This document shows positions 1 to 9,984 of a DNA stretch of 64,000 nucleotides, piece after piece. A program made the translations under genes and the position numbers. Numbering within the stretch: position 1 is the stretch's first letter; each line of letters opens with the position of its first letter. The stretch is taken from NCBI RefSeq assembly GCF_006345805.1, contig NC_042999.1, positions 117,304,001 to 117,368,000 on the forward strand, in the 5' to 3' direction. The notes under the pieces were generated by a model. The model was not told where the DNA came from, made no database searches, and saw nothing but the letters and a program-made list of their open reading frames with translations. The DNA is from Octopus sinensis. Lineage: Eukaryota.

Positions 1-480
1 CATCACTTTCACTTCGTCAAACGGCGTTCTTTTATGTATCTGTCTGAATTCAGAGAGAGAATTATCATCGCCACCACCAACACACAATCATGACAACAAA
101 TATTATGAATCTCGCCATCGCATTCTATTGTCTGCCTGTCAACGCGCCGATGGAGCAAATACAAACAGAACACACCAACGAGCGTTCGTGTTCTGGTGAT
201 AACGTAGGTTTTTCGTATTTATTACATTTTAACATTTATTTAGAACCCTGCAAATTTTTCGTGCTAAATTTTCAATTTTTACTACTTTATTATTTTTTCT
301 TATATTGATGCTTTTATTAAAATTAATTCTAATTGTCTGGGTCAACAGTTCGTTTCCTCGGAGAAAATGGAAATTCCTATTACCCGTCAGAGAAATAACT
401 CCAGCAGCTCACAACTATTTCAACAAAGACAAGGTTACCTGCTTACCAGTCGAATTCAGCGTCAACGCTCACGTATGAGA
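1..480. other. CpG-rich unique segment with splice-donor-like sites; possible gene 5' end or first exon
   Basis: More CG dinucleotides than the surroundings; + strand AAC|GTAGGT at 203/204 in phase with ATG at 90; - strand TG|GTAAGC (~448) and AG|GTAACC (~439). No recognisable protein. Confidence 0.2.
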
Positions 481-489
481 GAAACTCCA

Positions 490-502
490 ACACACACACA
501 CA

Positions 503-558
<56 letters not shown>
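490..558. repeat. (CA)n-(TA)n compound microsatellite
   Basis: Direct reading. Confidence 0.95.
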
Positions 559-792
559 ATGTGTGCATTATGTGGTCGGTTGAGATGAAAATATGCACAC
601 CTATGTTAAAAGTGCTAGCAAGTTCGCATGACAACTATTTTTTCCCTCAAATGAAAGGCGTGACCTCTAGGACAAAATTCCTCATCTTATAAAATGTGGC
701 TCCAGTAGACACGAATGAAATCGGGTTATATTAACCAAAATGTGAAAAGGGGTCTAAATGGGGCTGGAAGGGGATTAAAATTTAAAGGAGCG

Positions 793-1049
793 GGTGTTTA
801 GGAATTCTCTGTTACATCAAGCTAAAAAATTTGCGCCATCCTTTTAATCGTCAATGTGTTGCCGTCCATGATGAAGAAGTTTTGAATGCTTGCCATGGTG
901 AGTCTACTGTCGTAAGAAAGAATCACTTCAAAACTTGGTGTTTAGGGATTTTCTTTTACATCAAGTTCAAAATTTTACGCCAGCCGTTAAACTGTCAAAA
1001 CGTTGCTGTCCGTCGTTAAGAAATACCAGCCATGGTGACTCTACTATCC
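793..1049. repeat. Diverged two-copy tandem duplication, ~144 bp period
   Basis: GGTGTTTAGGAATTCTCTGTTACATCAAG...GCCATGGTGAGTCTACTGTC (793-911) vs GGTGTTTAGGGATTTTCTTTTACATCAAG...GCCATGGTGACTCTACTATC (937-1049). Confidence 0.8.
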
Positions 1050-1251
1050 TCACATTCTATCCCTTCAAACTTTGGTTTCCAATATTTTATTATTTTTATT
1101 CAGCTCGCAAGTTCGTCTGTCCCTTTTAAATGTTAGTGTTTTGCTGTCTGCCTTGAAGCAGACCTTTCCGTTGTTACTGCCTGATATTTATGATTGATCT
1201 TTCTAAATATTTTATTTCTCAACTTACTCAAGATCTTTTGTTGTTTATAAA

Positions 1252-1411
1252 TGGGAGAGAGATAGATAAAGATAGAGAGTAAGAGAAAGCGAGGGAGAGT
1301 CCGAGAGAAAGGAAGAGTAAGAGAGTGGGGAAAGGGAGAGAGAAAGGAGAGAGAAACAAAGAGGGAGAATCATCATCATCATCATCATCATCATCAATCA
1401 TCATCATCATC
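1252..1411. repeat. GA-rich tract followed by (ATC)n
   Basis: Direct reading; the (ATC)n is the tail of the adjacent retroelement. Confidence 0.9.
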
Positions 1412-1703
1412 GTTTAACGTCCGTTTTCCGTGCTAGCACGGGTTGGACAGTTTGACTGGGGTCTGGGAAGCCAGGAGGCTGCACAAGGCTCCAGTCTGAT
1501 CTGGCAGTGTTTCTACGGGTGGATGTTCTTCCTAACGCCAACCACTCTGTGAGCGTAGTGGGTGCTTTTTTCGTGCCGCCGGCACAGGTGCCAGGGTCCT
1601 GGCAGCGGCCACGATCGGTTGGTGCTTTTTACGTGCCGCCGGCACAGAAGCCAGTCAGGGCGGCGCTGCAATCGGCCACGTTCGAATGGTGCTTTTTACG
1701 TGC
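1412..1703 (-). mobile_element. 3' end of a non-LTR retroelement (RTE-like tail) ending in (GAT)n, 5'-truncated
   Basis: Minus strand ends ...GGACGTTAAACGATGATGATG; recognisable octopus repeat body with three GGTGCTTTTTACGTG(CCGCCGGCAC) subrepeats. Confidence 0.65.
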
Positions 1704-2594
1704 TGAAAGGAAGCAACAGAAAGTAACAACCACACTCTTACCCGCGCGTAGAGCGGGTCACCTTTAGCTAGTTAATATTAAAACTACTTTATTCATTATT
1801 CAAATAGGATAAGCTGTACGAAACTTTTAGATATAACAAATTATGTTGTAGCAATATGGTTAATACATGTAACAAATAAATTGGAAAGGTTGGAAAAGGT
1901 TTGTAGGTGGAAGGTGGTTAGCTAAGCCAGTTTGCGCTTAATTAGTTTGTCGTGTTTATTTTCTACTGCTTGAATATATAAATTTTCTCTGAAATGTTAT
2001 AGGAACATTAAACAACGTATGTACGTTAGCACAATATCTTTTCTATTTTATTTTTTCATTCATTGACATCACCTTAAATATTTTGCCCAACACTTTATCT
2101 GCGTTGCTCAAAGGTTTTTCAAACATCTCTGTGACTCTGTCTCACTCTTTCTCTCTCTATCTCTCACTCGCTCGCACGCAAGCAAACACATATATACAAA
2201 CACATATATATATAGACAGATATATACAAATACATATATACACACGCACACACACATATACTTTGTCGAATGCTCTCATAGACTTTTCCCTCGGAATACA
2301 ATACTGAGATATTTTGGAGAATGATATATTGAATGCAAGTCTAAATACAGCAGTGACTATATTTATACTTTTTATTAAATAAGCTATTTTTCAGAAACAC
2401 GACATCTCCTGGGGATACACTTGCGCATGCGTGTGCGTGTAAATCTATGTTTTCGTATACGTTAAGGTTTATGCATTTGTATGTGTATTTATGTTGTGTG
2501 GAATGTTTCAGAGGAAGAAAACTGGTTTGATGGATGACAACAAGCAAATAGACAAACAAACAAACAAATAAACAAAAAATAAATAATCGGATAT

Positions 2595-3130
2595 GCAGGT
2601 GTAGTTGTGAGGCTAGAAGTTTGCTTCCCGACCACATTGTTCCGGGTTCAAAATTCTACTAAAGCCTCGGGTCGACCAAAGCCCTGTGAGTGGATTTGGT
2701 CGATGGAGATTAAAAGAAGCACTCATACAAACATACACACACACATACATACATACATACATACATACATACATACATACATACATACATACATACATAC
2801 ATACATACATGCATACATACATGCATACATACATATATACATGCATACATACATGTGTGTGTGTGTGAAAGAGAAAGAGAGGGAGAGAGAGAAAGACACA
2901 CAAACACGTGTTTGTGTGTCTTTGTGTTTGTTTTTCTCTCATACCACTGCTTGAAAACCCGTGTGGTGTGTTTACGCCTCCGCAATGTAGAGATACGGCA
3001 TATGAGGCGGATAAAATAAATATCAGACTTGAAATTAAAATGAGTACTGCGGTCGATCCATTCAACAAAAAATTCTTCAAGGCGATACCCCAGTATAGCC
3101 ACAATCTGGTGACTGAAACAAGTGAGAGAC
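2595..3130 (+). mobile_element. tRNA-headed SINE family B with internal (CATA)n/(GA)n microsatellite
   Basis: Head with B-box-like GGGTTCAAAATTC, body GCCTCGGGTCGACCAAAGCCCTGTGAGTGGATTTGGT, internal repeats, tail GACTGAAACAAGT; homologous to the minus-strand copy at 35155-35610. Confidence 0.75.
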
Positions 3131-3289
3131 AGCTCAATACGTTTTTGGAGTGGTATGTGCACCACGCCACCTGGTTTAACGCTATGAATTGGCCCATAGA
3201 TGTCTTTAGCGGAGTTCACTCTGATGCAAACACTTGGACCAGGCTTCTGGCAGAGAATTCCATGAGCTAAGGCTCTCTTGTCAATTCCT

Positions 3290-3860
3290 TCTCTCTATCT
3301 TAAATATACAAGCACTTCTATCCAACCTAATTTCCACACATCACCTGTTACTCACATTCAAACCGCATATCTTATTCTTCTCTGAGATTCAAAACTCTCA
3401 TCTTATTTATTGTTCATCAGTACTGGCCAGGACATCAATACTGGCCAGGCCATCAATACACTTTTCTTAAACTTCATTCCGAAAGTTTGTGTCTGCGCAT
3501 ATTTAGACACTTCTCTTCCGCTCACTTATCAGTCTTACCTGGATTTCACTCTGGTTCAACGTCTCTGCCTCTCATTTCCTCAAATATATCCCACTCCGAA
3601 TACCTCGAATCATCATCAGCACTTTGACTATGTCTCCTCCATCATTGAGAACTTATCTTTTATTTCAACCCTCTCAAAAGTTATCGTTCACATCTCATAG
3701 CAATGCTTTCGGATGTGCAGCTATTCTTAACTTTTTATACACATTAACGTCTTGCATTTTCGAATTGCATTCCAGAGACGCTCTTCCTCTGTTTCACAAA
3801 ATAATTGTAAACTGTCTTTGCACCTATCGGGTCATTCAACCACTGTTTCATCGCAAATAT
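3290..3860 (+). pseudogene. Decayed APE endonuclease domain of a CR1/Jockey-group LINE
   Basis: Across frameshifts: LNIQALLSNL..HHLLLTFKPHILFFSEIQ (motif N(I)RGL..KP..LFL.ETQ), KVCVCAYL, FDYVSSIIE, APIGSFNHCFI (motif SPLGSSDH). Confidence 0.65.
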
Positions 3861-4615
3861 TGAATTAATTCTGTAATTTTAAACTGAGTTCCAGTCTTTA
3901 ACTACTAATGTTAGCGATGAAAGTGATGGGAAATTACGTAAGACTCGCATAGAAACTGGGAAATTACGCAAGGCTCGAATATAAACACTAAGTTGGCTAA
4001 GCAGGAGTAAATTTCTTCTATAGTACATACCAAGTGAAACTGACTTATTTGTTGAGGCAACAGGTTTCATATCTAACGTTAGAAATATGCGATTGTGTGA
4101 CGAGCTTTCTTGAGCCCTATTAAGCCCGTGATCGTCAAAAGCAATGGTTAGTGATATGACTTCAGCCGAGAAGCGAAGTAATCTCACAATAACTGTTTCG
4201 ATTCCCAGTTGTAAGGAATTACTGCAAAGTAATTTTAACGACGCTCTATAATTTACAAATATTGTAGCAGATTAGAAGACACAGAAGAATAGAAAAAGTA
4301 GTCAGAAGAACATACATATTCTAAGACAAACACATAAAGATTTGTAGATCAAGTATTAGTTAGTATTTAGCTAGACGGATAAATGAATAGTGTAAGCGGC
4401 TAAACAACCAAGTAGATACAGGCATAGAGAGAATGATGGATTGATAAAAAACAAAACAGGAATACGAACAGAGAGTTAACAAATAAGCGAAAACAAAAAG
4501 AGAGCAATACATTCGTTATATGTGTATGCTTGTGGGGATATAATATAAATTTATATATGTTTATTTACACACACACATACACACACGTGCGCACTCCAAA
4601 ATGAACCAAGGAAAT

Positions 4616-4730
4616 AACTCAGAGGGAGACATGTAGTTCAACAGTGAAAACAGATAAAGGTTTATTAAATACTGCACAACATAAATTCTTGGTTTACAGA
4701 AATTATCTCCGCTTCTAGAGAAGGTTAATT
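4616..4730. repeat. Dispersed repeat homologous to the duplicated unit at 59234 and 59603
   Basis: Shared CTCAGAG...CAACA(T/C)AAATTCTTG.TTTA..AAATTATCTCC.CTTCTAGAG. Confidence 0.6.
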
Positions 4731-4887
4731 CATCTATCATCTGATGTGATTTGAGACAAATTCCAAATGAGAAGGGGAAGCAATAATCGTGAAGCAATAA
4801 TCTCCCAAGATTGATATACCATAAGAGAAAACGCAGTCTGATAATTTGGAGTGTGTGTGCGTGTATATATATATATATATATATATA

Positions 4888-5010
4888 CCCTTCTGTTGAA
4901 GAGTGTAGTCTCGAAACGTAAAATACTTTTACATTTTGCCGAGCGTCAGACTAATACACTTGCTTGTTGTTCATACACCTGTCTTCGTCTTCTGTTTTTC
5001 TGTAAATTTC
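4888..5010 (+). mobile_element. Penelope-like element terminal (pLTR) fragment with a decayed hammerhead-like motif
   Basis: TTGAAGAGTGTAGTCTCGAAACGTA followed by GAGCGTCAGACTAATACACTTGCTTGTTGTTCATACACC, a typical octopus PLE end as I recall it. Confidence 0.5.
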
Positions 5011-6617
5011 AACTATATATATATATGTGTGTGTGTGTGTGTCTGTGGCTGTGGGTGTGCATATGTACATACAGCTATACATATACGTATACATACCACA
5101 GATACATACACACATACACATATATACATACATATATACATATATACTAACATACACATTTACAATTACTGTTGTTCTTAGACTAATACCTGTGATGGAA
5201 TTTTCTTTTCTTTGTTAGTATCTTGTTCCCCCATCTAGGAAGAATCCTAATAAACAGTAAAGTCACGCATACATGTGTGCATATCTGCATACACACACAT
5301 GTATGTATATATGTATGTATGTATTTATGCATGTTTGTATGTATGTAGAGGTAAGTGCCACACAACTGTGTAACACACTCGGCAGAGTAAGGAACTCAAA
5401 ATGCCGATGTAGTGTTGGTTAAGCACACGCACAAGTACACACTCACACACACACACTCTCTCTCACACACACACTCTCTCACACACACATACACACACAC
5501 AAACCACACAGTGAGTGAGTGGGAAAGAGAAAGAGAGAGAGAGAGAGAAAGAGAGAAAGAAAGAGAAAGAGAGGAAAGAAAAAGAAATCATATCACGAAG
5601 TGACACGAGTAATAGGAATAGTTAAGGAAATGTAGATACTTCCCTTAACGTCTCTCGTCCTATTGTAGTAAGATTTCTAGATAGCAACTCCCAGAGGATG
5701 AAAAGAGAGGCGAAAAAGAAGTGAAAGAAAAAAGATAAAAAATAATTATCCTAATTTATGATGTTATTTTCCCCCTCTGTTCTTTTTCATTACACCTGAT
5801 TTTTTTTAAGATGTTGGTTTACCTTAAAAGCAAAAACGACCAGAAATATTGATTTCTTTCATGTTTAGTAATAATACTGCGTCGTCGAATATTTCTATAT
5901 TTTGCGCAAGACTGAAATTAATGAAGAATAATGTTCATTGAATATTCAATTTAAAGATAAAATGATATAGAACAAGTATTGGTGCTATGCGTAGAAGAAT
6001 CGGTCGTCTATTGTTAATGTATTTCTCTTCCTAAGCTAAATACATACATTAGAACGTCCTCGCAGACATACTCTTTTATAGAGAAATACTAAGGAAATCT
6101 AATTCAAATCATACATAAGCAAGCAATGAATGCACACATGAATATAAAAAGAAAGCTGGATGGTCACAAATGGAATGACTTTAGTCATGGGAGTGCTTTA
6201 TTAAAAATTATTTGGACGTAAACATCAGCAACAGCATCAACAATATGCGCATACATAAGCGTAAGCATGAGTATGTGGTTATCCACTTCACCGCCACGTG
6301 GTTCTGAAGTACAATGTGCTAGTATCTTGTCAATCAAATTTGTTAAATGGAAACTGTATCGAAGCCTATCTGATGTGTATGAGTATCACCCCCCCGCTAC
6401 ACACACAATCACACACATTCATACACGCGCGCATATATATAGAAAATTATTTTCAGTGGTACTTTTTTTCATTTTTATTGCTTACGTCTATGCCACTGGC
6501 AAATATGAGTAATTTCTCCCAGTTCATATTCGTTTAAATTATGGTCATCGATATTTTCTACTCATTTTGTATGTGTATATGCATCGTATCTGTTGGATTT
6601 AAGGGAGAACAACTACC

Positions 6618-6655
6618 GTGCTGATGACGCATATAAGGGCAGAAACATGTTTCAC
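6618..6655 (+). ncRNA. Minimal hammerhead-ribozyme-like relic (intact CTGATGA...GAAA core, palindromic ACATGT stem III)
   Basis: GTG CTGATGA CGCATATAAGGGCA GAAACATGTT TCAC; stems I and II imperfect. Confidence 0.35.
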
Positions 6656-6875
6656 CATCTGTTTACTTCTCTCTTGACAAACACTGCTTTTCCTTAATGG
6701 AACGTTAGTTTCGAAGAATTCTTGATTCTCGAGATTATCTTCCCATACGGAGTTGATCGGAATAGCCACGCGGCATTTGTTTATTCAATTTTCGAAGAAG
6801 AGATGATTTCAACAAATCAAGAATTTAACTTGTATGGTATTTGATACACCACTATTAGTCTTCATGCATGCGTGC

Positions 6876-6914
<39 letters not shown>

Positions 6915-6999
6915 AGCTAGTTGAAATATGTTTATCACATATTTCAACTGCTAAAGGCAAATACACTGCACTTGCCGATATATATATATATATATATAT

Positions 7000-7038
<39 letters not shown>

Positions 7039-7104
7039 TTGGTATATATGTACACATATGTGTTTCCTGTTTTTGTTCCTAACTTTGACCCTCCATAAAT
7101 CCAA

Positions 7105-7325
7105 AATTGTATTTGGGAATTTATGGGAGCAACTGTCTTCGAAGACTCATATTGCCGTTGAATGCTCGAAATGAGTAGACAGACAAAGGGGCTTCCGAAA
7201 CTATAGGCTCATAAGACTGCTTTTCTGGATTCTGTAGCGTATCTATTCCTCCAACACCTGGACAGAACGCCAGCCCGTCACATGATTTCTCATTTTTGCC
7301 AGTTATTGGACTGGAACAACGTGAA
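7105..7325 (-). mobile_element. SINE body fragment related to family D
   Basis: CATTTTTGCCAGTTATTGGACTGGAACAACGTGAAATGAAG resembles the 9360-9410 segment. Confidence 0.5.
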
Positions 7326-8139
7326 ATGAAGATGAAAAATGTAGAAAATGAGATAAAACAAGAAGGTAATTAGCAAAATAAGTAAAGTGACTATATAGCA
7401 ATGTGAGATGATGTCTTCGTTGTTTCATTCGGCTAGTAACCAGCTGAATGAAACAAGGAAGCACATGGTGGGAAGAAACGAGGATGGGTGAAAGGATTGA
7501 TGCAAGAATATAACATGAATCGCATAGAGTCACGTAATGCCACGTAACATAAAGTGTTACAATGTACAGAACAACAGGACATGTTTGATAATAAAATGTC
7601 AATTATTTACTGTAATATGTGCTTGGGATATAAATATTCATAGCGTGAGCGTGGACACAAATGCCAAGTTTAAAACTGTCGAACTTTAGGGAAGATTTAA
7701 CACTGCATGTATAAGAAGAATAAATAGGTTGAATTCTACAGAGCTGGCATAAAAGTTAGCAATTTGAGTCAATGAATATTTAGATAAGATCTTGTATACA
7801 GGATTGAGCTGATGATGTTGCATGATACAAATTATACAGCTAACATTGTATTATACAGAAGCGATGCTCAAGAATTTCATCACATATCACATCATTTGTA
7901 AAATTTGCGTGTGAAAATATTCGATCTGTATTAGGTAATGGATTCCGTTCTCGATACATATCATATGTAAACCACCTAAATATATGAAACGCTAGACAAG
8001 ATTTTCATAGATTATCTTATTAGTTGAAGGTGAAAGTAGAGCAATGATGATAATTACAGAATTGCACGATAGAAAAGAAGAAACAACAAAAATCCACCTA
8101 TTAGATTTAGATAATAAAACATTCGTTATTAAAGCAAGT

Positions 8140-8575
8140 AAGGCAACGTGTTGGCAGAATTTTTAGCACGCTGAAAAAAATATTTAGTGGCATTTCGTCT
8201 TTCTTTTACATTCTGAGTTCAAATTCAGCCAAGGTCAACTTTGCTTTTCATTCTTTCGGGGTCGATAAAATAAGTACTAGTCAAGTACTGGCGTCAATGT
8301 AATCGACTGTCCCTCTCCCCACAAATTACAAGCCTTGTGCCTAAGGTGGAAAGAATTATTAAAACAGACATCGGTGTTTTGGATTGGTAGACTTAATGAA
8401 GCGCTCAACAGCGTTTGTTTTATCACTTTATGTTCTGAGTTCAAATCCTGCCAAGGTTAACTTCATATTTCAATCCTCCGGGGTTGGTAAATTATAAAGA
8501 ACCGCGAAAGTAGCCGAGTCGACGTGATCCCCTCCTCTCGAAATTGTTGACCTAGTACCTAAATTAGAAACCATT
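8140..8575 (+). mobile_element. Two tandem SINE family A copies
   Basis: Each has TTCTGAGTTCAAAT (B box)...AAGGT(C/T)AACTT...TTTC..GGGG..GATAAA. Confidence 0.8.
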
Positions 8576-8804
8576 ATCAACGCAAGCAGAACTTTTTTGA
8601 AACGAAATTATTTCTGTGATTTTGTCGTCTTAAATACTCAGGAAGGTGCTTATTCGTTTATCTGCATGTGGATATTAGAAAACGACTCCTTTCAGTCATA
8701 AATGGCCATAGGATTGCGCCTAGAAAGTTCTCCTTCGAGGCACATGTCCAGGCAAGGTTGTTTACGGAAGACCAGCAGTCGCCATGCATACCAGTCTCCC
8801 CTCC

Positions 8805-8876
8805 CCATGTCACCGGTATTATCCATGTCACCGGTATTATCCATGTCACCGGTATTATCCATGTCACCGGTATTAT
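8805..8876. repeat. Four perfect copies of the 18-mer CCATGTCACCGGTATTAT
   Basis: Direct reading at the left junction of the insertion. Confidence 0.95.
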
Positions 8877-8877
8877 A

Positions 8878-9319
8878 TATTTTCTGTCAATATATCCACG
8901 TTTAATAGAAAAATATATTTCACTTGAATAATGCATTCAAATTTCTAAACAATCAAATCTATAAACCAGGTATAAACATGTAATAAAAATATTTTATCTG
9001 TCTTCTTGTTTCAATATATCAACACTTAGACAATAATAGTTCACTCAAATACATATTCAGATTTTTATATAATTTGGAGTGTATGTCTTCTTGTTTCAAT
9101 ATATCAACACTTAGACAATAATAGTTCACTCAAATACATATTCAGATTTTTATATAATTCACTAACTCAGAAAATACGAAGCTAAAACATCAATATTCGT
9201 TGGAAAACTTTTAACCTTTTGAGGTAAATTTATAAAATATTGAATATTTTCTTCATCCACCAAACACATCATATATGATACATATATATTAATATCGTCT
9301 GTGGGATCTGTCAAAAATT
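8878..9319 (+). repeat. Near-identical copy of 14165-14530 with an internal 76 bp duplication
   Basis: Direct alignment: differs from the donor by a 7 bp and a 2 bp deletion; 8999-9074 is repeated at 9084-9159 around a 9 nt spacer. Confidence 0.95.
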
Positions 9320-9984
9320 CATGCAAAGGCCGATACAGCTTGGTACTAGTGACATCGCAACTAATTTTTACAGTTCTGAAGTAACGTGAAATAAAGTGTC
9401 TTGCTCAAGAACACAGCCCGGTGCGGGAATCGAACTCACTACCTCATGATTGTGAGCCCGACGCTCTAAGCACTAAACCATGCGCTCTCACATCCTTAAT
9501 GACACAATGCACTTGTTAGAAAGTTCCAATTGTGAAGAGGAGAACTTATTAAAATTAGTCGTACATTTCATAGCATATGTCTTTGCATTAGATATTTCGT
9601 TAGAAGCAATATTCCAGTTATTTATTAAGTCGGTTATGTTGTGCATTTTACTTATACTTACAATATTGCTAGACAATCACTGAAAGAAATAATTCTATAA
9701 TATTTAAAGTGGAAATGACTACAGATATAGGTGAAAAATAAATAAAAAATAAACTGGAACTGAAATGCGAAATAAAAAATTACAAATAGAAACCAATAAG
9801 TTACATTCGCTGTCAGCTTGGTTTATATCACAATATCTGGAGAACACAATATATTTTTCAGAGCAAAAATTATTAGTTACAATTCATCTTCCTCTCATTT
9901 TTCATATTCTTCATACCACTCCTCCAAAAATAATCATACATACATGCATATCTATAATCGCATGCATGCGTACATATTTGCCAA

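Larger units (their letters stand above)
8690..9490 (-). mobile_element. tRNA-headed SINE family D, split by an insertion at ~8823-9320
   Basis: Left half GACCAGCAGTCGCCATGCATACCAGTCTCCCC and right half GCAAAGGCCGATACAGCTTGG...GGGAATCGAACTCACTACCTCATGATTGTGAGCCCGACGCTCTAAGCAC (tRNA-like head with A and B boxes on the minus strand). Confidence 0.75.

Noticed and set aside
2607-3219. Long ORFs (115-194 aa) in the track
   Set aside because: They read through (CATA)n/(GA)n inside a SINE; low-complexity artefacts.
3130-3280. WNSLP-like peptide on the minus strand and YVHHATW on the plus strand, suggesting LINE protein
   Set aside because: The motifs are too short and out of order relative to the adjacent APE fragment.
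3421-3456. 18 bp two-copy repeat TACTGGCCAGG(A/C)CATCAA
   Set aside because: A small slippage duplication within a dead LINE; no functional sign.
8658-8936. ORFs with IIPVTW / HVTGII repeats
   Set aside because: Translation of the 18 bp junction amplification, not a repeat protein. It has no spacers, so it is not CRISPR.
9410-9490. tRNA-like sequences here and at 47461-47530
   Set aside because: They are SINE heads with broken stems that continue into SINE bodies; not tRNA genes.
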